64,000 nt of DNA from the NCBI RefSeq assembly GCF_964194155.1, contig NC_135890.1:39184001-39248000 (forward strand), in the 5' to 3' direction. The notes under the pieces were generated by a model. It had not been told where the DNA came from. It searched no databases and worked only from the letters and a program-made list of their open reading frames with translations. Positions 24,001 through 36,770 of the stretch are shown one piece after another. This DNA comes from Cetorhinus maximus (Eukaryota). Each line of letters opens with the position of its first letter. The stretch's first letter is position 1. Both the position numbers and the translations under genes were made by a program.

Positions 24001-27000
24001 TAAGATCAACTAGGTCAGAGATAGCTTTTACAGGTATAGAAAGGATACAGACGATGCCATGGCTGTTTAAACTATTGTGCTTTCTCTGGTTCTTTGAGGC
24101 ACCACTAAGCAGAATGGACACGGGCATATTCTGGTCACTATTTACCATGAGGAATATGCTCATGTACCAGAGTTTTGTTCATTTCACACTATTTTATTAA
24201 ACAAGGTTCTGCAAGCTGAGGTAGATGCAATTGGTTTGGCAGAATGAAAGCAAATGGGAAAAGTTGGAATGCTATCCAGTGGATTTACGCTGCAAAAGCA
24301 CAAACATGGTTGGAGTAAAGATAGTACTGAGCTTGCTTGCATTACCATTGGGCTAATAACCTGATAGTGATGGTCAAAGGAGTCACTTTACTTTTTAAAA
24401 AGGCATGTTTATTAGATGTATAGGAGGGACATCTACAAATCTATAGTCTGATATGCTGTTTTGACATTCTACTGCAATTAGAAAATTCTTGTTACCTCTC
24501 AATTGCACCGCATGACAACAGCTTCTTTGGTTCTGTTATTTTTGACTTTGTGGTTCGAGGTGAAGGTGCTTAAATGAGAGTTAATAAAAAATAATTAATA
24601 GTCTCTAAGACAAGTCAAATAGCCCTTTCTGCACCAGAAGACAAAATGAAGCAATCATATCCAACTGGATTGATCCAATAAGGAAAATTGTACACACAAA
24701 TCTCTCCCAAAGAAAGGATTAAAACAATTCTTCAAAAGTAAGTCCACTTATTTAGTTCTTATACAGCAATGACCATGTAAATCTTGAATCTGACAGTATA
24801 AATCTACTTTAGGGCTTTGACTATAATCACTCTTACTGTAATCCAAAAAATGCAAGATAATTCTTAAAGATGTCTACCATAAAGAAACACTTCCTATTAC
24901 ATACAAATGTAATTGTAGACCCAAGCAAAATACAATCCTATTTTTGTAGCTGCAGATCAGTTAGTGAAGGATCATCATTCTTCCCCATCCCCAATGCTAT
25001 GAACTTTTCAGAACTACATCTATTTTCCACTACAAACAATGAAATTCAAGTCATTTCAACTGGTGATAAACATTTCATGCACTTAATAATTTAGCCAAGA
25101 TTGACAACTAGTAATCCCAAATTGCATGAAAATTTGGAATTAAAATTACTAATACAAAATACCCAAGACCAAGACCTATATTTTGAGAGTGTTTATACTT
25201 ACCACTGGATCTTTTTGAAGCTTGGCTAGGAATAATAGATGTCTTAGTCTTTGCACACTGATCCCTCCCTAATGCATTTACAACTTGGTTTGATTTGATT
25301 TTAGTTTCAACCTTCATATCAATTGAGCCACTTCTTTGTAAACCTCTAATGGGCAGGGTCTGCATCCCTGATCCTTGCTGATTCACCTTTCCAGGAGTGG
25401 TTAGTTTACAAGTATTTGCTGGTTTCATTAATTTTGTTTTTGGAACGTCAATTGCACATGTAGAACTTGACTTGCTCTTTGGAGCCACAATTCTGCTGCC
25501 ATTTTTTGATGTTTGCAATTTTGATGAGTTTAAGGAAACATTCATGGACACCACTGAAAGAGAAATTGCAAGTATTTAGAACACAGGTTCTGAATTTGAA
25601 AGCAAGAGATTACCTTTCACAAATATTACACTGCCAGAAGCAGAATTTATCAGGTGCATATATTTTTTTTTTAAATATCCCTTAAGTTCATACTTGATAC
25701 TGCATTTTAAAATAAACCATTTTTCAAACATAACTTTACACATTATTTCACCAGAATGGGGTTTGGATAATCAAGGGACGATGGACAGACTTTAGTGGAG
25801 TTCAATCGCATTTTATAAAAGAACATGCCTTGTTACACAAATAGCACTTTCAACCTATTATAACTTTGCACCTTTCCATCTAATATAGTAATTTTTCATT
25901 TCAACACCAGCCTTCCAGAATATATTGCTATAATCACAGAAATTTACAGCACAAAAGGGGAAGCCATTGTGTCCATATCCACTGACAAGGAACCATCTAG
26001 CCCAACTCCACTTTCCGGCTCTTGGTCCGTAAATAGGTACCACCACTCCCCAGCCAACATCAATGTGCTTACATTAAAGTGCAACTCAAAGTAGAGACCC
26101 ACCACTCCTTAGAGAAATATAAAGGAATCTTTAATGCTCTTGTGTGCCTGCCAGTTCCAGAGCAATTTTGGAGGTGGTATGGGATTGAAAGTCAAGAATT
26201 TAATCCCCATTATAAACCAAGAATACAAAGGGCTTATTTTGAGTGCAGGGTAATATGAATAGACTCAAGTCTGGAATAGAGCAAACAACTGCCAGTGGGA
26301 AATTAGTACATTTAGGATGTTAGGTAGGTCTAATCCATTGGATGTGATGATGATGTGTCAAAGTAAACAAGGCCCCTCAATTTTACTTTTTAAAATGTCA
26401 GATATAAAAACCAAAAGCCGAATTCCATAATTTTTGAGTTACAAAACATTTTAAGATTGAAAATCCAACTTGCCTCTGCCACCACTAGCGGAATTATGAA
26501 GACCAGAATGGACACTGGATATAGATGACGAAGTATGGTTGAGAGTCCTTACTGCCATACCAGCACTCTGCTTCTTCACAGAACCTGAAGCCTTAGACCC
26601 AGATACCTTTGGTTGGCTTCCCTACAATAAAACCAAGTCTTTTTCTCAGAATGCAAAAGGACAAAAGAGGTTTTCCTAAGCATAGGTTATTCAGAGTTTC
26701 TCCTCACATTTTATCCTGCTCTGCTTAGTCTTTCAAAACCCAGACATAAACAGCACATGAAATTCAATGGATAACTGTGCAGTAGTATAAAATGAGGTAG
26801 TACATTTTGGGAGGAAGAATAGGGAGGTCACTTATTTCTTGTATGGTTCAAGTCTGGGTGGGGTAGAGGAACAAAAGTGATCTCGGAGCACAAATACGCC
26901 AATCACTAAAAGTTGCACCATAGTAAGGTTATTTATAAAGCAAACCAAGGACTAGGCTTTACTTGTACAGTGATAGAATTGAAAAGTAGGGAAATTATGC

Positions 27001-30000
27001 TAAACTTGTATCGAAGCTTGGGTTGGTCTACACTTAAGAGTACTAGCGCAGTCCTGGTCATCATATTATGAAAAGGAAATGAAGGCAGTGGTGAGGATCT
27101 GGAGAATATTTACAAGGAAGATACCAGAAATGCATGGGTATACATATCAGGAAAGTATTGACATGCTGGGTTCTCTTCTCTTTGGAAGAAAGGTTGATGG
27201 ATGACCTATTAGAGATGAAAGGTTTGGATACAGTGGATGCAGAGAGAATGTTTTCTCTTGTGGGGGAGAGCATAACTAGAAGCCATCAATACAAAATAGT
27301 CACCAAGAAATCTAATAAGGAATGCAGAAGAAACTTTACACCAAAGAGTGATGAATGGCGAGAAAATGAAACTCCTACCAGAGGGAGTGCTTGAAGCAAA
27401 TAGTATAGATGCATTTAAGGGGAAGCCAGACAAGCATATCAGATACAAGGAAGGAGAGAGTTATAATAGATTTGGATGAGGAAAGATAGGAGGAGGCTCA
27501 AGTAGGCCCATTTCTGTGCTGTATATCCTATGCATACTTTATGCTGCCCAAAGGGAACAGGTAGCAGTGCTACTAGAGTCTTCAAAATCTTATCAAGCAT
27601 ATTGCAAAGCCCTGCCCTCAAGCATAGCTTATCAAAATAAGAATGCCAAACTTGCTACCTTTACTCTGGTACATTGTTGCTATTACATGTGAAGCCATAA
27701 GAATAGATGCTTATAGTTGGAATAATCAAACATATTTTAATGGGTAGTTACAGGAATGCCTGACTTCAAAACTTTTGACTCAATCAGAACTATAAGACTT
27801 TCCCTTATTGAATCACTTATTGGCGAATAAAGGATACATTGAGCACAAGGTGTCAGACCTCAGCCCCATTCCCTTTGCTAAAAGGATATCTCAACAAAAT
27901 TAAGGCCACTTCCCCCTCATCAAAAAAATGCATTATACAAAAGAATTAGAAACGAAAAAGTAAACCAGCAATACAGAAATATGCATCTTTAAAAAAACAA
28001 ATCAACAGAAATGCATCAGTTTTATTTAAAAAGCCACAACCATATAATACTTATATCAAGTTATCTCAATTAATTAATTAATTAATTTTTGCACAATTCA
28101 CAAACATGTCCCAACTCAGGTGACATGTTTAAATAATTTTTTCCTCCTTTATTAAAAAGTTTCACTCTCAACTTAATCTCTCTGAGGAAGCTCCGTGCCT
28201 CAGGGAGATTTCTGCGCTCTTTCGCGCATGCTCAAAACAGCGCAGGTCCCGACTCTCCCTCCTCCCCCTGCCCGCACAGGTAGTATTGCTGGCCGTGCGT
28301 CATGCTGGGTGGGCCTTAACTGGCCCGTCCAGGTGAAATGTCAGCGCGCAGCCGATCGCGGGTGGTGATCGGCTCCGCGGCCGCCCAGCACACCTGACAT
28401 AGGTAAGTTTCTGGCCTATATTTCTTGAATAGTTTTTACTTTTAGCTAAGCGTATATCATTAACATTTGCATCAAGCTAAAAATTATAGTTTTATCTTAC
28501 AAAACATTTAATGTTAGAAATGTTTGGATAAATATGCTCAAATATATGTTCTTCCACATGACAAGCTATTCAGTATATGCTTGAGTGGAAATTTGGGATA
28601 GAGGATTTGTAGCTCCCATGCACAAGTTCACTGTGATACACGAGGAATAATTTTCACCCCACTCCTATGGCAATTCCCAGACTGTGGCAAAAGGCAATAG
28701 TGATGGTGCTGCACAGATTCACCAGGTTGCTGTCTGGTACAAGGAAATACAAAAAGAAATACTTGAACAATTGAGCTATTTTAGATTAGAGTCGAGGAGA
28801 TTACACAGTGATATGACAAATGTTTAAAGAGTTACAAAGATAATTAGGACAATTTAGATAGGAACGGTTTTCAGTGACTGAAGAATCTAGAATGAGGTGA
28901 AATAAGTAGGAGGTTAAAAGTAAAAGATTAGGACATAATGAGGGAAGTTTAGAAAATCGGTTTTGATCGATAGTTACTTCGTCAGTCACTAATTGCTGTG
29001 GAATACTCTATGTCAGCACTTAATAGATAGTTGACTGAAGGAAGAGAGGATAGGCAGACACTGCTTGTGTGGAGGTTAAACATCAAATAGACTGGCTGTG
29101 CCAAACAGCCTGTTCCTATGTTGCAATTTCTAAGTAATTCTACATGCAAAACCATACCTCATGGCAATCAGGTAGATTTATAAATAATTTCAATATAAAG
29201 TGGTAAGAATAATTATTTATTTTTTCTAAAAAAGCATTATACAATTTAAGCATTGAATAAAAATTAGGCCAATGGGATTTGGGATTACTTTCTTGGCATC
29301 ACTGAAGGGGTCTCATTTTTTTTGCTGGGTCAGAAGACTATTGTTTTGAGGTACTTTGATGCTGAATCACAAATCCACTACTGGAAACTTTTTGGTGGGG
29401 AGTGGGGGAGATGGTGGGGAGGAACAAATTATTTGGATCTTAAGTAAATGCTACAATTCCAATTTTGGGAGGTGCAACAAAAACACAATGCAAAACAAAA
29501 ATGTAAACAACAGGTAGCTTTGGGGGAAACAAAATTATTTGCATCTTTATACTTTAAAAGTTGCTTTAACAGGTTTGTTGTTATTGTAGCAATGGGTAAA
29601 CCACTATTATGTTTATGTTGCAGTAAATGGAAACGCTCTAGATCTTGCAATTGCCATAAACTATGCTACAAAAAATTGACTAGTTATAGTACAGTACATA
29701 GTAAAACTCTAACATCTAACCAGCCCATCACGTTTGCTGAAATTGTTGATTAATGTTAGACAGCTTAAATGCAACAGGTAACATTGAATAACTTTTGACA
29801 AACCTCTAGTATTCCATTCTGTATTGATTGTTTTACCAGAATAAGAAAACTGCTTACCTTTTCTGATGTACATGTTGGCTGTTCACCTAATGGAACTTCC
29901 CTCAAAGTTGTGCTCTCAGTACAAGCCACATCATCATTGCCTAATGATGGATTTCCGCAGTTTTGTAGCGGCTGCACAGAAGAGTTGATTACCTGGACAA

Positions 30001-33000
30001 CAGCTTTCTTAGGTGATTTTAATAGAAAGCCAGGACGAGCATTGGAAGAACAAACCTGCAGACTTTTCTGGATTGCAAGTGGAAGTAACCTCAGTGGACT
30101 ATCTTGAACTACAAAGGTTTCTCTTCTTGGACAACTTGGGCTGCTAATACCCCTCAGAAGGGTTAGTTTTAATTTTGATTCCTCTATAAATTGTTCCACA
30201 TTTTTACTGTGTATCATTTCATTTCCCATTTTCTCAGACTTTCCCTCCACATGGTTTTCAAAATGCAGTGCTAGTATGTTGGCTTCTCTGGAAACTTCAA
30301 CAAACTGGTCTGTGTTCAGAGGACTCCAATTCACAGTTTCTGCAGACTTCAAACTTTTCTCTTCCTTGCAATTTAAATCAATTCCAATAGCAACACATTT
30401 TTCCACGTGTCGAACTGGCCCAAGAAAAACTTCATCATCATCATCACTTTTTCCGCTAGGGAGAAAAAAAGCCTACTAGTTTAAGATTGAAAAGGTATTA
30501 TGAATTTAGTTTCATCTGCTTGAAGCTCAAACATTAGCGTGATCATACTGTGTAGGCTAAATTTCTGGTTAAACTTCTCAAGTCTGTACACCATCTGCAG
30601 CTAACTGACTCCTAGACAAGACCAATGCTCTGGAACCAGTTCTAGAAGGCGGCCTGGGGATAATGCTTTCTCTAGTCCCCTCCTTCCCATTAAGGATGTC
30701 CAATTTGCACCTGCACTAAACACCACATTTTAAGATCTAGAATCATAACAGCTATTCAATTAAAAACTCCTTTCTGGTCCCAAATTATGACTATCCCCAG
30801 AGGTCAAACGTGCAATTAAGTTCTCTGCCACAGTCTGGCTAGCAAATGCAGGCAAGCTATTCGTCTCGGAAGGTTGTAGGGGAGCCACAGCAGAGCATAA
30901 TCCAGTTCTTGGGCAACCAGTCTCACACACACACACACACACATGCACTTTCCAACAGGCAGAATCTGGCCCAGATGGCCCCAGAAAATCCACCTTTTGG
31001 TTGATCTCAACCTCACCACCTAATGTTTCTTCCATTCTATCAAATTCCACAACTATTATCCAGTGGTCTAAAATCTATTTATAATTAAAGGAAAGCGCAA
31101 TTTTTTAAAATCGCCTTTCTGATAACCTATTCCTTAAACCAATCACTGTGTGAAATTTGCAAGTCAGGCAGCACAACTTTGATGAAAGATCGAAATCCAC
31201 CAGAAATTCTTGACCCCATTTCCACCCCCCCTCCCCCAAGAGAGATACTGCCTAACATGCTAAGCAAGTGCTGCCAATATTTTTTGCTCTTATTTCTGAT
31301 TTCCAGCATTTGCTTGCAACTTGAATAATCTGTCTGTAAAACATCAATCCCCAATAAAAATTATATCTCCAGGCTTTTCTAAAAAGGGCCAGTGTCTTAA
31401 CATTTTTATCAACTGAGACTCCCAGCATCCAGTATCGTCTTAGTTGCCCTACACTGCTATCTATCAAGGGCAACATTACAGTGAACAATGTTTGACTGTG
31501 TCTGGAATCCTGAGTATAAGGCCATACATGGTAACATTGCTTCTTTAGCTTGCATGCTATCCCTCTGCTAACACAAGGCCTCAACTTCAGCAAAATATGC
31601 TCTTAACTAATGGTCAGAGTTATTACACTAATTGCACATTCCACAAATACTCTTCATTTTGATTCTTTAGTCCAAAAATAATTTTATATTTTTTAACCAA
31701 ATAAGCATATTTGGGCCAGGCTCCTAAAACAAAAATTATCTTTTAAAATCTGGTTGTATTGGAAACATGGCAACTAATGAACAAGTTAATTTGTAAACAT
31801 GGAAACCTGATATTGGATTCCACAGACAAATCTCATTCTGGCTCAAAGTTTCCACCTGCAACTATTTTTTCAGTTGAAACTACTTTCTAAATCAGTAGCG
31901 TACTGCATTTCCCAATTGGACCACAATCATTAACATCTTTTATTGAACCTTAAATACTTATTGTAACTGGAATATAACATTCACTACATTTTGGTTGTCT
32001 ACTACAAGCAGTAACAAGCTTGAGAAAATGAAAATGTTTACCTTGCAGGGGATAACAAAATATCAAAGTCAGAATTCTCTTCAGATAAAAGATTGAAATC
32101 TGAAAATACAAATTACATGCTGCTGAATTCACTGAACAGAGACACACGGAATACTAAACAGAAGATATTAAACTAAAGAACATTTTTCCAACTTTAACTT
32201 TTCACCATTTTAAGGGCAATGCCTGAATAAATATAATCCAAGGGAAAAAAGGAATAACTATACATTTACTCCATTTCAGTCTTTTCTTATTCCTCAGTTT
32301 CATGTTTTCAACCTAGTCAACAGCAGCTTTGGAGCAAACAATTTCCTTTTCAGGAATCTCTCAAATTGAGTGTGTTCTGAAACAAAGACCCACCATATCC
32401 AGTCATCACAAGGGAAAAAACTCCCGAGGTCCCACAGTGCAGTACCCAATTGCTTCGGAAATGGCCCAGGGGTTTTGCTTCAACATCTCTATCCAGGAGC
32501 TTCTGATTACTACTAAATTTGCTATTCAATGGTTTGAATCTGTTACTCATGATCTTACTCACACAATTTATTTTTCTGGATTTACTTTTCCTGTACCATT
32601 ATCTTTTTTGTATACATCTTTTAATGACTCAGGTATGCTTTTTCAAGGTTGAAAACCAAGTTTCTAAAGGTATTTCTGTTTAACTCAGCCCTTGGACACT
32701 AGGCTCATGACTTTTCTCTACAATGCACCACCAAGCAAACAAAAACAGCTTATAACATAACATCTTTATGTTCTAAAACATCCCAAGAAACCTAAAGCTT
32801 GGACACTGTACTTGATGTTGGGCTGACCAGAGAACTATGCAGCTTGATGAATTTGTCTATTTAGCCAAATCAGTAGCACACAAGTCTTTATTGATTGCTG
32901 TCCTAGATTGGCTGCGCATATTGAGTATCATCTCTTGGACTTCTAAATTTCCTCAACTTAATTATTTCAACACCATTCATTAGAGTATGTGTGTTGTCTT

Positions 33001-36000
33001 ATTTTCTTCGTTAGCAGTATTTACTTTTTCATGCATTAACTGGTATCTGCCAGTATTCTGTTCACTTGCAAATTGTCATTTGAGCTTGCTCCACTGACTC
33101 CAGTGCCCTTCCTTGTTTCATATAGTTGGTAAATTCAAATTGACTAATTTGCATACAATTTCAGAACCCAAGCTATTGGTGTAAATTAGAAACAAAAATT
33201 CTCAGTCCATCATGTCCGTGTTAGCCAAAAAATCTATCAGCCTGATCCCACTTTCCAGTTCTTGGTCCTCAGCCCTCTCAGGTGTCTATCCAAGTTTTTT
33301 TTTAATACAATAAGAGTGTTTCTGCCTCTACCATCCTTTCAAGGAGTGAATTTCAGATGTCCACCAACTGTGGGGTGAAAACATTTTTTCAACTCTTTCC
33401 AACCCTTCTCCCAATTACTTACTATCTATGCATCCTGATTATTGACCTCTCTGCTAAGGGAGATGGGTCCTTCCTATCCAAAACACCTCAAAACTCCCCT
33501 CAGCATCCACAGTACCAAAGAAAGCAACCCTGCCTATCTAAACTTTGCTCATAGCTAAAATTCTCCATTCCTGGCAACATCCTCATAAAGCTCTTCTGTA
33601 TCCACTGTAATGTAATCATATCATTCCTGTAACCCAGTAATCAGAACAGTGTGCTGTACTCTGGCCTAGTGTTTCCATACAGTTTTAACATCGCCTCCCA
33701 GCTCTTACATTCTATTCCTTGGCTAATAAAGAAAAGCATCCATTTGCCTTCTAAACCATCTAGTTGTTCTCCTACCTTCAGGAACCTGTGGACATGTACT
33801 CCAAAGTCACTCTGTCCCTATACACTTTTCAGTGTCCTACCATTTACTATGTATTTCCTTGCCTTGTTTACCCTCTCCAAACACATCACCTCACGCCTCT
33901 GGATTGAATTTCATTTACCACTTTTCTGCCCATCTGGAAATCCATCAATCTCTTCCTACAGTCTGCAGCTTTATTTCTCACTATAAACCACACAAACAAT
34001 TTTACATTAACTAAAAACTTAATCATGTCCCCTAGATTTAGGTCTAAATCATTGATGTATCATGAAAAGCAAGTGGCCCCTTACTGAGCTTTGCAGAACT
34101 TGCTGGAAACAGCACTCCAGTCACAGGAACATCTGTCGACCATTGCTCAGTTGTAGGAACAAAGGGTGTGTACTCTAGGATTCCATAGGCTCTTACTTTT
34201 CTGACCAGTTTGACTTTGTGAAATGCCTTGCTAAAATCCATGTACACTACATCAAACCCACTACCCTCATCGACTGCCCTCGTTACCTCAAAAAAAAAAT
34301 CAAATCAAGTTAGTCATACATGATCTACCCTTAACAAATCTATGCTGACTATCCTTAATTAATCAGTGTTTTTCTAAAATGACAATTTACACTGTCCCTC
34401 AGAATTTTTTCCAATAATTTTTCTACCATAAAGGTTAGGCTGACTGGCCTGTCATTACTCAGTCAGGCTTGTGCTAATAAGTGGCAAGCAACATTCACAC
34501 CAAAAAGTGCCAGGCAATGACCATCTGCAACAAGAGAATCCATCCATCTCCCCTTGACGTTCAATGGCTCTATCATCACTGAATCCACCACTGTCAACAT
34601 CCTGGGTGATTAACACTGATTTATAAGAAACAGATCTATCATAAACTGATCTGTACAGGCAAACTATATGAACACTGGCTACAAGAGCAGGTCAGAGGCT
34701 GGGAATTCTGAGGCGAGTAACTCACCTCCCAACTTGCCAAAGCCTGTCCACCATTTATAAAGACAAGTCAAGAAGTGTGATGGAATACTCCCCACTTGCC
34801 TGGATGAGTGTAGCTCCAACAACACTGAAGAAGCTCAACACCATCCAGGACAAAGCAGCGCACTTGATCAGCATCACATGCACCAACTTAAACATTCACT
34901 TGCTCCACTTCTGATGCACAGTGGCAGCAGTGTGTACCATCTACAAGATGCACTGCAGCAACTCAACAAGGCTCCATCAAACAGCACCTTCCAAACCCAC
35001 ATGTTTACAACTTAGAAGGACAAGAGCAGCAGATACATGGGAACACTACCACCTCCAATTTCCCCTCCAAGCCACACACCATCCCTTCACTGTCTTGGAA
35101 TCAAAATTCTAGAGCTTTCTTTCCAGCAACACTGTGGGTGTACCTGTCCGAAATGGACTGCAGCGGTTCTTCAAGAAGATAGCTCACCACCTTCTTCTCA
35201 AGGGCAATTAGGGATGGACAATAAATGCTGGCCTAGCCAGCGAAGCCCACATCCCTTGAATGAATAATAAAAAAGTACACAATAAATCAATTTAATTAGT
35301 TTAAAAAAGGGACTGAGACCAAAATGTCTCTAGTTGCCTATGTCCATTATGCCACTTTTCTTAATATGGTCACATTATCCTGGCATCTCCCCAGTGTCCA
35401 ACATGTAATGATCTCCAATGTTTCCCTAAGCACTTGTGACGATCCATAATGATTTACTAGTTTGTGCTCTTTTAGGTTATCCAAGGCTTCCATCTCACTT
35501 ATAACCTAGGCAAAAGTCACGACCTTGTTTATCAGTTTGCGGAGAGCATGTTGAAACTTGGGGAAAATAATTATTTAAAGTAATTATGAAAGTAATCAAT
35601 CATTCAGGATACGTACTAAACTATGTTCATTCACCGTTTCACACTTATTTGTATTTTTTATGGTTCTCAACTTTTCCAGTGACTGCCCTATTACTATTTT
35701 AGTACTGAAAGGGTTTCTTAATTTTATACTTACCTCGCCATCTATGTTTCTCCCACCTCCCTCAGTATCTCTTTGCCCATCCAATCACTAATCAGCTTCA
35801 AATGTTTTCTATATGCCCCTATATTTGATAACTAAACTTTCTCACTTCAAAACAATGATGAGACGAATGGCCAGTTATACTGGTTGAGGGACCAGGGCAC
35901 CAGAAAATCCTGCTCTTTTTCAAATACTGCCAGGGATCTTTCAATATCCACATGAACAAAAGAAGAACTCAGTTTAATGTCTTATCTGAACGATCTGCAC

Positions 36001-36327
36001 TATTGCAGATTATATCACAGATTGAAATCCACAACTTTCAGAGTGAGGTAATAAGAATGCTGCCAACTGAGCTTTGAGATTTGATTTGAATCTTATCACC
36101 ATGAGCTGGTTGAGATACAGGAGATCTTAAAAGCAAACGGCTATAGTCTAATTGACTAAGCCCCCTCTTACTGCCTTTTGAGGCATGTGTGGCACTTGCT
36201 TTGGAAGAAAAGCACAAGCCAATTAATTTTAAAACTATTTGTGTTCTTGAGATCAAATCCAGCTGTTCCATATGGTTAGATCTCAAGTAACTAAAGTTTG
36301 ACTACCTTTGTCAGTTTTCCCATCCAT
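14922..36327 (-). CDS. GTSE1: GTSE1 (G2 and S phase-expressed protein 1), about 624 aa; complement join(36306..36327,32042..32099,29858..30455,26474..26621,25203..25553,24496..24568,20333..20584,19549..19720,18203..18316,14922..15008)
   Basis: Phase-consistent 1875-nt frame. N-terminal GTSE1 domain (DDEVFLGPVRHVEKC, WSPL..FVEV..EA.ILAL, FIEESKLK, RETF...DSP), SALPTP..RRSGIP, LIDL/LIDF motifs and C-terminal KENVNVDSPLLKF. Adjacent to TRMU as in mammals. Confidence 0.93.
15062..16730 (-). mobile_element. CR1 LINE fragment
   Basis: Peptide VPENWRIENITPQFKK...PGN; CR1 tail at the left end. Confidence 0.75.
16737..17780 (+). mobile_element. CR1 LINE 3' fragment
   Basis: Peptide RRLREDLIEVFKI; tail tgctgtaaccattctatg. 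Confidence 0.8.
18203..18316 (-). CDS. GTSE1: GTSE1 exon
   Basis: NLLVEV...HPLIDLSNTPDLKR...; AG/GTAAG ends, phase 0-0. Confidence 0.9.
19549..19720 (-). CDS. GTSE1: GTSE1 exon
   Basis: ...SPPLVPCFLDFSPDK...; phase 2-0. Confidence 0.85.
20333..20584 (-). CDS. GTSE1: GTSE1 exon
   Basis: ...RRLSALPTPLNRRRSGIPTFTP... (SxIP/SxLP motifs); phase 2-2. Confidence 0.9.
20890..21690 (+). mobile_element. CR1 (HER1-type) 3' fragment
   Basis: RDLGVLVHES; tail gatcagccatgatc...gagcaggctcgaag...ccgaatggcctattcctgctc. Confidence 0.8.
22330..23455 (+). mobile_element. CR1 3' fragment, host of the tandem HHR insertion
   Basis: KDLGVYVH, PQLKYCTQFW and LIEVFKI peptides continue across the TSD. Confidence 0.8.
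22607..23003 (+). mobile_element. Tandem 134-nt hammerhead-bearing PLE-tail array with an inverted 5' segment and 14-bp TSD, inserted in a CR1 fragment
   Basis: Units start at 22727 and 22861; inverted copy at about 22605-22695; TSD AAAAGAAAAGTTAT at 22593-22606 and 23004-23017. Confidence 0.88.
23460..24330 (-). mobile_element. L2-like LINE fragment (others at about 21770-22310, 47820-48650 and 61630-61910)
   Basis: FEPLQSGF...HNSEMAL peptide typical of L2 RT; YTDNVQLY in the 22062-22304 ORF. Confidence 0.6.
24496..24568 (-). CDS. GTSE1: GTSE1 exon
   Basis: 73 nt, APSPRTTKSKITEPKKLLSCGAIE; phase 1-2 fits its neighbours. Confidence 0.8.
25203..25553 (-). CDS. GTSE1: GTSE1 exon
   Basis: 351-nt open K/S/T-rich exon, tttcag| ... 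G|GTAAGT; phase 1-1. Confidence 0.85.
26474..26621 (-). CDS. GTSE1: GTSE1 exon with GC donor
   Basis: ttgtag|GSQPKVSGSK...SGGR-G|GCAAGT; phase 0-1 bridges the flanking exons. Confidence 0.78.
26755..27535 (+). mobile_element. CR1 3' fragment
   Basis: FSLEERL..DL; tail tgtgctgtatatcctatg. Confidence 0.7.
28100..28417. mobile_element. Partial copy of the same MITE family
   Basis: Shares acatgtccca.ctca, atctc.ctgagg.agc...tgcctcag.gagat and gggccttaa.tggccc with 13370-13677. Confidence 0.65.
29858..30455 (-). CDS. GTSE1: GTSE1 exon (N-terminal domain)
   Basis: DDDDEVFLGPVRHVEKCVA...WSPL...ESKLK...RETF...DSPL; donor AAG|GTAAG. Confidence 0.93.
30924..30943. repeat. (CA)10 microsatellite
   Basis: Read directly. 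Confidence 0.9.
32042..32099 (-). CDS. GTSE1: GTSE1 exon
   Basis: 58 nt, DFNLLSEENSDFDILLSPA (cf. mammalian LLADEKFDFDLSLS); phase 1-2. Confidence 0.88.
32930..34460 (-). mobile_element. CR1 fragments
   Basis: YMDFSKAFHKV peptide and reverse-complement CR1 3' motifs. Confidence 0.7.
34465..35272 (+). mobile_element. Non-LTR retrotransposon 3' fragment (CR1/L2-group); related - strand copies at about 9335-10110 and 41330-42150
   Basis: ILGV.ID, LSTIYK.QV..VME.SPLAW peptides; tail aagggcaattagggatgg..aataaatgctggcc. Confidence 0.7.
36306..36327 (-). CDS. GTSE1: GTSE1 start-codon exon, coding part (whole exon 36306-36380)
   Basis: Strong acceptor ttttatag at 36381, MDGKTDK-G|GTAGT in phase 1, and an in-frame upstream TGA. 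Confidence 0.7.
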
Positions 36328-36484
36328 TCCTTGTATTGATCTCTGAAGCTGGTGGAAATGGAAGATTCAGTTTTCAAGCACTATAAAAGCAAATACAAAA
36401 CAGCAAGATGAAAAAAAAGTATATTTTTCCAGAAATTACAATCTCGCTTAATCATCTGCATATACAGGCAATTTAATCCCTGAT

Positions 36485-36770
36485 ATAAAGGCAAAATACT
36501 GCGGATGCTGGAAATCTGAAACAAAAACAAAAAGTGCTGGAAAAACTCAGCAGGTCTGACAGCTCTGTGGGGAGAAAGACAGAGTTAACGTTTTGAGTCC
36601 GTATGACTCTTCTTCAGAACTAAAGAGAAGTAGAAATGTGGTGAAATATATACTGTTTATGGCGGGTGGAGCAGGTGAAGCTGGATAGAAGGCCAGCGAT
36701 AGGTGGAGGCAAAGGAGAGAATGTAAAAGATGTCATTAACAAAAGGTCAAAGGGGTGCTGATGGTAGTGG
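36485..36770 (-). mobile_element. Penelope-like tail with degenerate hammerhead (36583-36621; GAAA changed to AAAA)
   Basis: On -: AGUU-CUGAAGA-AGAGUC-AUAC-GGACUC-AAAA-CGUU-AACU, followed by the family tail. Confidence 0.8.

Noticed and set aside
29287-29380. Possible additional GTSE1 exon
   Set aside because: The candidate acceptors give in-frame stops in the required phase 0, and the donor is weak.
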